Shown here piece after piece: positions 18,719 to 27,936 of a stretch of 64,000 nt of DNA. Below the pieces are notes generated by a model. That model was not told the DNA's origin. It did no database searches and worked only from the letters and a program-made list of their open reading frames with translations. The DNA is taken from positions 576,001-640,000 of the forward strand of contig CBDBOV010000004.1 in the NCBI GenBank assembly GCA_965208575.1, written 5' to 3'. Source of the DNA: Spirochaetia bacterium (GTDB lineage Bacteria > Spirochaetota > Spirochaetia > SZUA-6 > Bin103). Within the stretch, counting starts at the first letter, position 1. Every line of letters starts with the position of its first letter. The translations under genes and the position numbers were made by a program.

Positions 18719-18862
18719 ACTGCGAGTGTAGCTATTCTTACCACTATGGTAAACCAGTTGGCCGGATCGGGACGCCCACCGAGGTTGAGCAACGTATCCA
18801 CCGGGAGCGACAAGCAATGACCGGCGTCACTACACGATCTACTCGTTATATCGTTGCCTCCG

Positions 18863-19798
18863 CTATGGCACCTGCAGCCGGCACAGCACCAGGTTGTCCT
18901 GGTCCAGATTGTGTGACCAGATGAAGTCGGCGCGCCGAAAGTTGCGGCGGTAGTCCCGGTACGCGCGCTGGTTGGTTACCGCGCGCGGCGGGTAGGTGGA
19001 TGCCTGGTGCCACTCCGAGTCGTCGTACTCCGGTGATGCCCAGTCATCGGGCACCGGGAAGTGCAGCGCCCGGCACGAAGCCGGATCCCGCTCCACGCAG
19101 GGCGGCCGCTCGGGACAGGCCGACGAGTCGGGGCCCGGGCCGACGCAGGACCGGTCCTCGATCGGGCTGATGTAGTAGGCCCGGCACTTCCAATCCGCGC
19201 CGGTCCCGGTACCGTCGCTGAACCGTGCAATGAAGCCTCCATCACCCACGTTCCAGCGGTCGTACTCCATGCCGACCCCGAGGTGCGTGCCCCAGTCCAC
19301 CAGCTTGACGGCGTAGGTCAACGGCTGCTTGGCCCTGAAACGGACGACCCCCGAGTTGAAAGGCACAAAGCCCACGGGGTCCCGTGCGACGATGGTTCCG
19401 TTGACGTAGAGCTCGTAGTAGTTGTCGCCGAACAGGTACCCGGTGACCTCCTCCCCGTCGGAATCGATCACGACGGTCTCGAGGTCGTCGAGATGCGCCG
19501 GGTTGTGGCCGAGACCGGTGCAACTGTTGTACAGGTCGGTCGGATCCGGCCCGTCCGCCGGCACCACGGGCACCTGCAGGTGCGTTCCGTCCGGCGTCGT
19601 CACGATCCCGCAGCGCGCCTCGATGAAGCGGCGCGCGCTCCCGGTGCAGGCCGTGGCAAGGTTCCCGCACGAGAAGGTCTCGGTCGCCAACCCCTGGGTG
19701 ACAATCCCCCCGTCGGGAGACTCCTGAGCGGACACGGCGCCCGCCAACATGAGTGCGGCGAGTATGCAGGCACCAGACCGGCGTGGGTTCACATTCAC
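18863..19798 (-). CDS. Secreted Cys-rich protein of unknown function, copy 1
   Basis: Signal peptide ending AVSA-QE; GDNYYELYVNG, GDGGFIARF, W..PEYDDSEW resemble lectin-like beta-sandwich domains; duplicated at 27937. Confidence 0.75.
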   Translation of the reverse strand: MNVNPRRSGACILAALMLAGAVSAQESPDGGIVTQGLATETFSCGNLATACTGSARRFIEARCGIVTTPDGTHLQVPVVPADGPDPTDLYNSCTGLGHNPAHLDDLETVVIDSDGEEVTGYLFGDNYYELYVNGTIVARDPVGFVPFNSGVVRFRAKQPLTYAVKLVDWGTHLGVGMEYDRWNVGDGGFIARFSDGTGTGADWKCRAYYISPIEDRSCVGPGPDSSACPERPPCVERDPASCRALHFPVPDDWASPEYDDSEWHQASTYPPRAVTNQRAYRDYRRNFRRADFIWSHNLDQDNLVLCRLQVP

Positions 19799-19886
19799 GG
19801 CGCGGAAAGGTAGGCGGAAGCGGGAGGCTAGTCAATAGCTGACCGATTGACTTTTGTAGTGCTCTGTGCTTCAATGTGCGGGTTGG

Positions 19887-20153
19887 ATGCATCCATATCA
19901 ACCGACCGTTCGTGTCCAAGCGGCAAAGGCGATCCGCAAGATGCCGAGGGCTGAGCGTGACCGCGTCCGGACGGCGTTGAGGACCCTCGCACAGAACCCC
20001 GACTCTGCCGATCTGGACGTGCGACGTTTGCATGGTCGAACCGGTTACCGCCTGCGTGTCGGGGATCGACGATTGATCTACGAGCGAGACGATGCAGCCA
20101 GCACCATCGACGTACTGCGCATCGGCAGTCGGGGCGACGTGTACAAGCGATAG
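19887..20153 (+). CDS. relE: RelE/ParE family toxin
   Basis: AAKAIRKMP, DVRRLHGRTGYRLRVGDRRLIY, IGSRGDVYK. Confidence 0.88.
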   Translation: MHPYQPTVRVQAAKAIRKMPRAERDRVRTALRTLAQNPDSADLDVRRLHGRTGYRLRVGDRRLIYERDDAASTIDVLRIGSRGDVYKR

Positions 20154-20158
20154 GGGGA

Positions 20159-20542
20159 GTGATGGCCGACCCGCAAGTGATCCGTGATGATGCAGGGCGC
20201 CCCGCCTTTGCCGTGATTCGTTGGCAGGACTACCAGCGGCTCACCGGTGGCAAGGTTGCCGACGATGACCTGTCTGATGAAACGCTTTTCGATCGAGCGG
20301 TCGACGAGAACGAGGAGTCGTTTCCGATCGCCGTCGTTGACCGAATCGTTGCCGGCGAGAGTCCGATTCGCGTGTACCGGGAACACCGGCGCATGACGCA
20401 GAAGGAGGTGGCAGAGGCCGCCGGCATCAGCCCGCTCTATCTCTCGCAGATCGAACGAGCGACGCGCACGGGTTCCGTTGCGACACTGGCGGCGATCGCC
20501 AAGGCGCTGGACGTGGAACTCGACGACTTGATTGGTGACTGA
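20159..20542 (+). CDS. XRE-HTH antitoxin
   Basis: SPIRVYREHRRMTQKEVAEAAGISPLYLSQIE; directly after relE. Confidence 0.85.
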   Translation: MMADPQVIRDDAGRPAFAVIRWQDYQRLTGGKVADDDLSDETLFDRAVDENEESFPIAVVDRIVAGESPIRVYREHRRMTQKEVAEAAGISPLYLSQIERATRTGSVATLAAIAKALDVELDDLIGD

Positions 20543-20657
20543 CCGACGAACCGGCCTCTTCCAGCCGATGGCGCAGGCGTTGCAGTTCCTGACGGTTGCC
20601 GCTCCGGCCATCAGATCGGTCGCAACGCCATGAGCCGGGGCGCCGAGGGGCGGCTGG

Positions 20658-21662
20658 CTAAGCGGCGGGGCGGCGCGGCGTGCGGCGTGGGCGGCGCCCG
20701 CCCCCGTAGCGGCCGGCGGCGCCGCGCAGGCGCGGGTCCAGCAGGTCGCGCAGCGCGTCGCCGAACAGGTTGAGGGCGTAGACCGTCACCGTCAGGCACA
20801 GGCCCGGCCACAGCGCCAGCCGCGGCGCAATCTCCATGTACTGGCGGCCCTCGCGGCTCAGCATGCCGCCCCAGCTCGGAACGGTCGCCGGCAGCCCGAA
20901 GCCCAGGAAGCTCAGCGACGCCTCGGCGATGATCACGCCGCCGACGTTGATGCTGAACACGACGATCAGCGGCGCCGCGATGTTGGGCAGCACGTGACGG
21001 ACGAGCGTGCGCAGCGTGCGGGCGCCGATCGCCTGCGCGGCCTGGAAGTAGGCGTTCTCCTTGACCCCGATCACCGCGCCGCGCACCACCCGTGACGCGG
21101 GAATGCCGCCGGCCACCCCGAGCACGACGATGATCTGCACCACGCCGCGGCCGGCGATCGACATGATGGTGAGCAGCAACAGCAGCCCCGGAAACGACAT
21201 CCACGCGTCCACGAACCGTTGCGCGTAGATGTCCAACCGCCCGCCGATGAAGCCGGTGGTGCCGCCGATCAGCAACGCGACCATCACGTTCAGCGACGTT
21301 GCCGCCAGCCCGACCGTGATCGACAGGCGCGCGCCGATGATGAGGCGGCTCAGGAAGTCGCGGCCGACGTGGTCGGTGCCCAGCAGGTGCGCGGCCGACG
21401 GACCCTGCATCCGGTCCTGCACCCGGCCGCGGTCGAATTCGTAGGGCGCGAGCTGCGCGGCGAAGATGGTGATGAACACCAGTGCCACGACGATGAGGCC
21501 GCCAATGGCTCCCAGCGGCTGTTCCTTCAGCAGCCGCGAGAGGAAGCTGGCCGCCGGTCGCCGACGCGCCGGTGCAGGAGCGCCCGCCGCGGAGGGTCCG
21601 GCGCCCGCGCCTCCGCGTGCGCGGCTGGCTCCGGCCGCGTCGCCCGGCGCCGGCTCACTCAT
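20658..21662 (-). CDS. Peptide/nickel-type ABC permease (DppC-like), operon 1
   Basis: LGTDHVGRD, RHVLPN, EASLSFLGFG, NLFGDALRDLLDPR. Confidence 0.93.
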   Translation of the reverse strand: MSEPAPGDAAGASRARGGAGAGPSAAGAPAPARRRPAASFLSRLLKEQPLGAIGGLIVVALVFITIFAAQLAPYEFDRGRVQDRMQGPSAAHLLGTDHVGRDFLSRLIIGARLSITVGLAATSLNVMVALLIGGTTGFIGGRLDIYAQRFVDAWMSFPGLLLLLTIMSIAGRGVVQIIVVLGVAGGIPASRVVRGAVIGVKENAYFQAAQAIGARTLRTLVRHVLPNIAAPLIVVFSINVGGVIIAEASLSFLGFGLPATVPSWGGMLSREGRQYMEIAPRLALWPGLCLTVTVYALNLFGDALRDLLDPRLRGAAGRYGGGRRPRRTPRRPAA

Positions 21663-22626
21663 AGCGCACCCGCGGATCCAGCAGGGCGTAGGTCAGGTCG
21701 GTGCCGAGGTTGATCACCACCACCACCGAGGCGAACAGCAGGTTGATGGCGGAAACCACCGGGTAGTCGCGCTCGTTGAGGGCAGTCAGCATCAGGCGGC
21801 CGAGCCCCGGCAGATTGAAGATGTTCTCGATGATGACCGAGCCACCGGCGATGATGGGCAGCTGCAGCGCCACCAGGGTCACCACCGGGATGAGGGCGTT
21901 CTTCACCGCGTGGCGGAGCACCACCCTCCGCTCCCCCACGCCCTTGGCCCAGGCGGTCCTGACATAGTCCTGGCGCAGCACCTCCAGCATCATCGTGCGC
22001 GTCATGCGCATCGTGCTCGCCGCCAGGTAGGTCCCCAGAATCAGCGCGGGGATGATCAGAATGCCGAGATTGCCCCAGGGGTCTTCGGTGAAACGGACGT
22101 GGGTCAGCGGCGGCGTCCAGCCCCACCAGATGGCGGGGTAGATCATCACCATCAGTCCCAGCCAGAAGTTGGGGGTCGCCAGACCGAAGATAGCGACCGC
22201 CCGGCCGGCGTAGTCGGCCACCGTGTACTGGCGAATCGCCGAGTAGATGCCGATCGGTGCGGCGATGATGAGCCCGGTGAGGATCGCCAGCAGCCCCAGC
22301 TCCACCGTCACCCCGGCCCTGCCGGCGAGCTTCTCCTCCACCGTGGCGCCGGCCGACGAGCCGCTGTACAGCGAGTGGCCGAGGGTGCCGCGCAGGACGA
22401 TGTCACCGATCCACTTCGCGTATTGCACGTAGACGGGTTTATCGAGCCCGAGCCGTCTCTTCAGAGCCTCCTCATCGATGGTGCCGCTCCCGCTGAAGGT
22501 CATCCGGGCGGCCATCACGTCGATGATGTCGCCGGGGATGAAGCGCACCGACAGGAACACCAGGAGGGTGACGATGAACAGGGTCGGGATCACCAGCAGT
22601 ACCCGCCTGATCACATACGCCCGCAC
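21655..22626 (-). CDS. Peptide/nickel-type ABC permease (DppB-like), operon 1
   Basis: QDYVRTAWAKG, RHAVKNALIP, IENIFNLPGLG, RDYPVV, LDPRVRY. Confidence 0.93.
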   Translation of the reverse strand: MRAYVIRRVLLVIPTLFIVTLLVFLSVRFIPGDIIDVMAARMTFSGSGTIDEEALKRRLGLDKPVYVQYAKWIGDIVLRGTLGHSLYSGSSAGATVEEKLAGRAGVTVELGLLAILTGLIIAAPIGIYSAIRQYTVADYAGRAVAIFGLATPNFWLGLMVMIYPAIWWGWTPPLTHVRFTEDPWGNLGILIIPALILGTYLAASTMRMTRTMMLEVLRQDYVRTAWAKGVGERRVVLRHAVKNALIPVVTLVALQLPIIAGGSVIIENIFNLPGLGRLMLTALNERDYPVVSAINLLFASVVVVINLGTDLTYALLDPRVRYE

Positions 22627-22649
22627 CTCGGCTCACCTCCTTTACGAAA

Positions 22650-22676
22650 GGGGTGGCAGGTTGCGCCCGCCACCCC
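22650..22676 (-). terminator. Stem-loop between SBP and permease (same element at 49740-49766)
   Basis: GGGGTGGC...GCCACCCC. Confidence 0.55.
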
Positions 22677-22722
22677 GTGATCGCACGTCAAACGCTGGCG
22701 CTAGATGCCAGCGCAGCTCGCG

Positions 22723-24525
22723 TCAGAACCCCATTTCGGCCTTCAGGTCCCGGTCGAGCCAGAGCCGGGCAAAAACCTGGACATCTCCTTGGTCCAGCAG
22801 GAACGACTCGCCGTTCCAGCCCTTGATCCACGGCTGGGCCACCTGGTATGTGGGGTACTTGAATCCGAATACCTGAAAATGCTGAGAGAGGAGGTGCTGG
22901 TCGAACTCTTTCGCGATTCGTATCTGCTCCGACTCTTCGGTCGTGGCGTTGAACGCATTGTAGAGCCGAATAAGCGTGGCGTCGGGAACGCCGCCCATAA
23001 ACTCTTTCAAATGATTCTTCTCTCCTTCCACGGCATAACGGTACCAGCTGAACATCGTGCTGATTTCCTGATCAAAGCCTGCGTAGCCGGTGGTCATATC
23101 GTAGAGCCCGTCGTCGCGGCGAGTGACCCAGGTGGGGGTGTCCACGGTGTTGATCTCCACCTCCACGCCGATCTCCTTCCAGTAGCCGGCGCCGATCTCG
23201 ACGTAGCCTAAGTCCCCGATGTCGCGGAAGTCGTAGGTGACCTTGAAGCGCACCCCGTCCGCGCCGCGCTGGTAGCCGGCCTCGTCGAGCAATTGCTCGG
23301 CCTTCTCCGGGTTGTAGCTGTATGCGTCCTGGAGCTCCTTTGGCCACTCGTCAAATGGGGTGTAAGCGGGCTTATTAGCGTTTCCGATGAAGCCTGAAGG
23401 GTTCCGTTGCGCGTGCCCGCCATAGTAGCTGTCGTTGATCGCATCGCGGTCGAGGGCCATCTGCATTGCCCGGCGCACGCGGATGTCGTCGAACGGCGGC
23501 TTACGGATGTTCAAGCCGGACACTGCGAACGCACTCTGGAAGTAGGGGCCCACTTGAATGTCGGGATTGGTGCCCAGCAAAGAATTGAGCACCTCGAGGT
23601 TAGGGATCAAGCCGCCGGCGAAACGGTGAAGTATGTCGACCTGGCCGGTGCGCATAGCGGCGATGCGGGTCGCTTCCTCCGCCATGAACAGGCCCTTCAC
23701 CTCGTCGACGTAGGGCAGCTGGTTGTCCGGATACTTCTCGTCGAAGCCGTGGAAGTCGGGATTACGCGTCCTGGTCATCGAGACTTCCTCGACGTGCTCA
23801 GTAAGCATGAGCGGCCCGGTGCCGACTACGTTTCGCCAGTCGGTGTAGTCACCGCGCTGCTCGATGACCTCGCGCGGCAGTATCCACGCGGCGCCCTCAG
23901 CGAGGATCGCCCGAGCCATAGTCAGGCGCGGCTCGGTCAGCTTGAACACGACCGTGTACTTGTCGCTGGCCTCGATGGACTCCCACGGCAACCCGAAGAG
24001 CTGGCCGGTGTACTCGGGCTTCCAGTCGAGCAGGCCGCTAGGGCGGCGGTATGCCCAGGCGACGTCCTCTGCGGTCAGTTCGCGCCCATTCATCGGCGCC
24101 TTGTCGTGCCACTGAATGCCCGGTTTGATCTTGACGATGAACGTGCGGTCGTCCGGTTGCTCCCAGCTCTCGGCCAGGTTACCGCGGAAGGTCGAGGTCG
24201 GCACGTAGTACCCGGTGAAGCTAAACTCGTCTCGGGGAAGGCCCCAGTCTCCCTGCACGAGCTGCTCGTTGACCCCGGAAAGCTGAAAGCCAGCCCAGCC
24301 TCCCGTGATCGACGGGTCGGTGTTCTCACCGAAGAATCTGTACGCGTAGGTGAGCGTGCCGCCGTACTCGGGGGCGGTGACCTGCATCCCGGTCGTCGGG
24401 TCGGTGACCATCGGCTTGTCCGCAGCCGCGGCCGCTTCCTCGCCGGCGGGCGCCGCCGACGCGTCGGTCGCGGCCAGGACGAACCCGATCAGTGCCGCAA
24501 CCCATAGTCTACAATTATGTATCAT
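22723..24525 (-). CDS. Family-5 ABC solute-binding protein (DppA-like), operon 1
   Basis: GGAGG RBS, signal peptide MIHNCRLW.., PEYGGTL, LAESWEQPD, VGTGP, PPFDDIRVRRAM. Confidence 0.92.
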   Translation of the reverse strand: MIHNCRLWVAALIGFVLAATDASAAPAGEEAAAAADKPMVTDPTTGMQVTAPEYGGTLTYAYRFFGENTDPSITGGWAGFQLSGVNEQLVQGDWGLPRDEFSFTGYYVPTSTFRGNLAESWEQPDDRTFIVKIKPGIQWHDKAPMNGRELTAEDVAWAYRRPSGLLDWKPEYTGQLFGLPWESIEASDKYTVVFKLTEPRLTMARAILAEGAAWILPREVIEQRGDYTDWRNVVGTGPLMLTEHVEEVSMTRTRNPDFHGFDEKYPDNQLPYVDEVKGLFMAEEATRIAAMRTGQVDILHRFAGGLIPNLEVLNSLLGTNPDIQVGPYFQSAFAVSGLNIRKPPFDDIRVRRAMQMALDRDAINDSYYGGHAQRNPSGFIGNANKPAYTPFDEWPKELQDAYSYNPEKAEQLLDEAGYQRGADGVRFKVTYDFRDIGDLGYVEIGAGYWKEIGVEVEINTVDTPTWVTRRDDGLYDMTTGYAGFDQEISTMFSWYRYAVEGEKNHLKEFMGGVPDATLIRLYNAFNATTEESEQIRIAKEFDQHLLSQHFQVFGFKYPTYQVAQPWIKGWNGESFLLDQGDVQVFARLWLDRDLKAEMGF

Positions 24526-25019
24526 GAGGTTTCCTCCAAACCTTCGTTGCTTCGAGAGTGGTGAATTCAGTGCCGGCCCGCGCCGACTCTCGCGGTATGC
24601 CTGCGATTCGCAGGGACCGAACAGCGAAGGCGGCACCCTCGACCACGAGCAGTGCCTGGGGGCGCCGGCGGGTGGACCGCGGGCGAGCGGCCCGTTGCCG
24701 GGAGTTCCCGCCTGGTGAGGTGACCGGCCGACGACGAATCGGCCGCGAGGCAGCGCCGCGGTCAGCGGACCGCGCAGGCTGCGCAGAAGGTAGCGGTCGC
24801 GCCCGGCTAACTCGTTAGTGTTTCTGAGGTTGTATGGAAATGGCCCCGGTGGTGGGGGGGGGTACAGAGGGCGTAGAGCGGCGGTAGAGCGCACCGGTTG
24901 CGCTTTCTGGAACCGGCGGCGGCGCTGGGTACTGTCGTCACGCGTCATTTGCATCCGTTCCACCCGAAGCCCGCAGCCATCATTGCACACGCACGGCATA
25001 CCGTCAAATGGCCGCGGGG
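24526..25019 (-). promoter_or_regulatory. Conserved promoter plus structured 5' leader, copy 1
   Basis: Near-identical to 33120-33614 and 51613-52103; TTGACG(25007-25002)-N17-AATGAT; multiple hairpins. Confidence 0.8.
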
Positions 25020-25022
25020 ACG

Positions 25023-26460
25023 GGGTGCGAACGCCGAAAGCGGTAGCAAATCATTGACTCTGAGGCGGAAAAAAGGTCTACCTACCCCACGACACCACAC
25101 CATGGGGAGGTAGACCATGAATACGGAAGGACTTATAACGGCCGCCGAGGGCCTTGTCAAGGAGTTGCAAGGGCGCATCAACGGCGGCCGGATGGATCTC
25201 CAGGAGGCGGAAGCCAAGATCCTTGAGATGGTGAACTGGATCGGCGACGAGATGGTGCAGGAAGTGGTAGCCGGACTCGCGGAGCCGACATCCGCCAACC
25301 AGATCACGGTTGGCGGTGAGGTGGCAGTGTTCGAGCGGGTGCGTAACCTGCGGTTCATCAACCGCTTCGGCGAAGAAGTGGTGCACCCGCGGCGCTGCTA
25401 CCGGTACCGGCACCGGAGCGGAGGCGTGGCGCCGCTGGATGTGAAGCTGGGGATCGACGGGTGCTTCGGATTCTCACCGCTGATGACGTACCTGATCTGC
25501 ATGCTGGGCGCGGATGAGTCGTATGCCGGTGCAGCGGCAAAACTGGAGGCGATGCTCGGGTTCAAGGTGAGCTCGACGGCGGTGCAGCGCACTACCGAGA
25601 AGACGGGAGAGCGGATACCCGATACCCCCGACGATCTAATTGATGAGCAGCGTCAGCGGCAGCCATGTTCCCTGATGGTGGTCGAGGTAGACGGAACGAC
25701 GAGCCCGCAGATCACGGAGCAGGAAGGGATTACTGGTCTTGCCAGCCTCCGGGCGCCGACCTGTTACAAGGAGTGCAACCTGATAGTCATCGAGAAGCAC
25801 GATGATGGCAAGGTGATCGACCGCTGGACCGGAGGACGCTATGGACCACGCGGTGAGTTTGCCGGCTACGCCGAGCAGGCTGGACTGCGAATGGGCTTCC
25901 TGGACGCTCCACGAACGCTGTTCCTCGGTGATGGTGCACACCACAACTGGGAACTGCAGCAGACCCACTTCCCCGGCGCGATACCGATCCTGGACTACTA
26001 CCACGCGGCTGAGCACCTCGCCGATTACTGCAAGCTGCTGTCTGCTACGCTACGCGATGCCGTCGAGCGCAGCTTGTCCACGATGATGTGGGAAGGCGAG
26101 GTGCTGCAGATGATCCACGAGATGAAGCGTTCACTGTCGAAGGTCACCGATACTGACGAAGCGTGGAAGCAGATCAACTACTTCACGAACAACCAGGACC
26201 GTATGGACTATGCCCGTTACCGCGATCTCGGGTGGCCGATCGGCAGTGGCTTGGTCGAAGGGCAGTGCAAATTGGTTGTCGGTCGACGCTTCAAGGGCAA
26301 CGGGATGAGATGGCGACCGCACGACAACCGCTGCGTGCTACGCACCCGTCTGGCTCTGCTCAACGGCGACCTCAAGCGCTATTTCAGTCCTCCTGACGAC
26401 TGCGAGATCAAAGCGGCCTGATCGTGTCAACCCCTGTTACCGCTTTTGGCATTGGCACCC
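25023..26460 (+). mobile_element. ISKra4-like insertion sequence, copy 2
   Basis: Same length, IRs and protein as copy 1; 8-bp target duplication CGGGGACG at 25015-25022 and 26461-26468. Confidence 0.93.
25117..26421 (+). CDS. Mutator-like DDE transposase, identical protein to 4050-5354
   Basis: Identical 434-aa translation. Confidence 0.9.
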   Translation: MNTEGLITAAEGLVKELQGRINGGRMDLQEAEAKILEMVNWIGDEMVQEVVAGLAEPTSANQITVGGEVAVFERVRNLRFINRFGEEVVHPRRCYRYRHRSGGVAPLDVKLGIDGCFGFSPLMTYLICMLGADESYAGAAAKLEAMLGFKVSSTAVQRTTEKTGERIPDTPDDLIDEQRQRQPCSLMVVEVDGTTSPQITEQEGITGLASLRAPTCYKECNLIVIEKHDDGKVIDRWTGGRYGPRGEFAGYAEQAGLRMGFLDAPRTLFLGDGAHHNWELQQTHFPGAIPILDYYHAAEHLADYCKLLSATLRDAVERSLSTMMWEGEVLQMIHEMKRSLSKVTDTDEAWKQINYFTNNQDRMDYARYRDLGWPIGSGLVEGQCKLVVGRRFKGNGMRWRPHDNRCVLRTRLALLNGDLKRYFSPPDDCEIKAA

Positions 26461-26562
26461 CGGGGACGAGGGGGACGAGGGCACGGTCAAGCCCCAGGAT
26501 GGCCGCGGGGCGCCGGGGCATTGGCCTAGGCCAGTCCACTGGATAGTCTTTACGCCGCCCTA

Positions 26563-27537
26563 CTAGGAAGAAGAGCTCGCCTCCAGTTGCTGCTTGAGCC
26601 GGCCAAATGTGGCCTCGTCGATTCCGGTGGCCGCCTCTATCGTGGCCCACGGAACATCCCGGTCCAGCAATCCTTCGATGGTGCTTACCTGAGTCATGAG
26701 TACCCCTTCCTGGCGGCCCTCCCTAAGGCCCTTCTGACGGGCTTCCTGCTGTATCACCTCGCCGTAGATCTCAAGCATCTCCTGCGTCTTGTTCATCAGT
26801 TCTGCACCTCCCGGTACGTGTCGCCGTACCGCATCCGCGAATCTGTCCCAGCGCTCCGGTTCCCTCGTCGTGGCCGCCATGTACACGACGATCTGCCTCA
26901 GTTCGTCGGTTCCCCCGACCTGCACCAGCTCCGCCAGAAGCGGCACCAACCGCCGCATCACCGGCCAACTTGCCCGGTACGCCGCCATCAGCGCCAGTTG
27001 CGCGATGCGACCGCGCAACTCACCGCGCAACTCACTTGGCCCCACCTTCGTCTGGTCGACCAAGAGGTGCGCGTAGCGCGGCACTCCCGGCCAGCCTCGA
27101 ACTTCCGGGACGAACAACTCCGAGAACTCGCGCGCGGGGCTCCAGCCGTGCCGCCCCTGGTACAACACCAGCGGCACTATCGGGCGCAGGTGCTGCTCAT
27201 CGGGGTACTGCTTCCGATCCCGTTCCCAGATCCTGATACTGTACTTCAGCAGCCGCAGCCGCAACCAGGGGTCCGGCGTCGACTGGTGCTCCAGCAACAC
27301 GTACAGCCACACCGGTTCGTCATCAGCCTTGCGCTGAACCGCGTACAGCAGGTCCGATTCGCTGTCGCGTAACCGGTCGTCGATGAAGCTGACCTCCTGC
27401 CCCTTGAGGCTCGACCACAGCAACTCGTTGTTGACCGCCTCCGGCAGGTGCGCCCGCAGCAGGCCGGCCGCCTCGGCCTCCTCTCGGAACACAGATCGGA
27501 ACAGGTGATCGTGGGGCTTGGAGACCTCGCCGGCCAT
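26563..27537 (-). CDS. Rpn family recombination-promoting nuclease / putative transposase (YhgA-like)
   Basis: PHDHLFR, SDLLY, VLLEHQSTPD, PIVPLVLYQG, C-terminal KGLREGRQEG; TTGACA-N18-TACCGT upstream. Confidence 0.9.
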   Translation of the reverse strand: MAGEVSKPHDHLFRSVFREEAEAAGLLRAHLPEAVNNELLWSSLKGQEVSFIDDRLRDSESDLLYAVQRKADDEPVWLYVLLEHQSTPDPWLRLRLLKYSIRIWERDRKQYPDEQHLRPIVPLVLYQGRHGWSPAREFSELFVPEVRGWPGVPRYAHLLVDQTKVGPSELRGELRGRIAQLALMAAYRASWPVMRRLVPLLAELVQVGGTDELRQIVVYMAATTREPERWDRFADAVRRHVPGGAELMNKTQEMLEIYGEVIQQEARQKGLREGRQEGVLMTQVSTIEGLLDRDVPWATIEAATGIDEATFGRLKQQLEASSSS

Positions 27538-27936
27538 GACGACGGCGGCACGGTATTGCCTTCCGCGACGCGCTGTCAACGGCCCCAACCGGCCCGGGCC
27601 GAGTTGGCCACCACGGCGCCGACCGTGCCCGAGGTCGCGGTCGCCACCACCGTGTCCCCGGCCAAAGGTATCGCGGGGTTTGACGCCGCTACTTCGGGCT
27701 GAGCAACGAGGTGACCCGGCAATCGGCGAGATTGGTCGCCACGACCCTCGAGCTAGAGCGGTGGCGCCCGATCACCGAGGGCGCCAGTCTGCTTCTCCGT
27801 ACACCAACCATGCATCCACCCGACGGCCGTCCCAGTGATAGCAGAGGTGTCTGCCAGGGACGGGAAGGCCCGCCACGGCGGCTGACTTCTGCCGCGGCAC
27901 CACGCGCGCGGGATAGTCCTCGCTACACGACCCTCG

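Noticed and set aside
24526-24999. Long N-terminal extensions of SBP1 and SBP3 in the ORF track
   Set aside because: GGAGG RBS and signal peptide sit at MIHNC/MIRNC, and indels between copies change the upstream peptide, so the open frame reflects high GC
3956-26460. Composite transposon formed by the two IS copies
   Set aside because: Each copy has its own target duplication, indicating independent insertions
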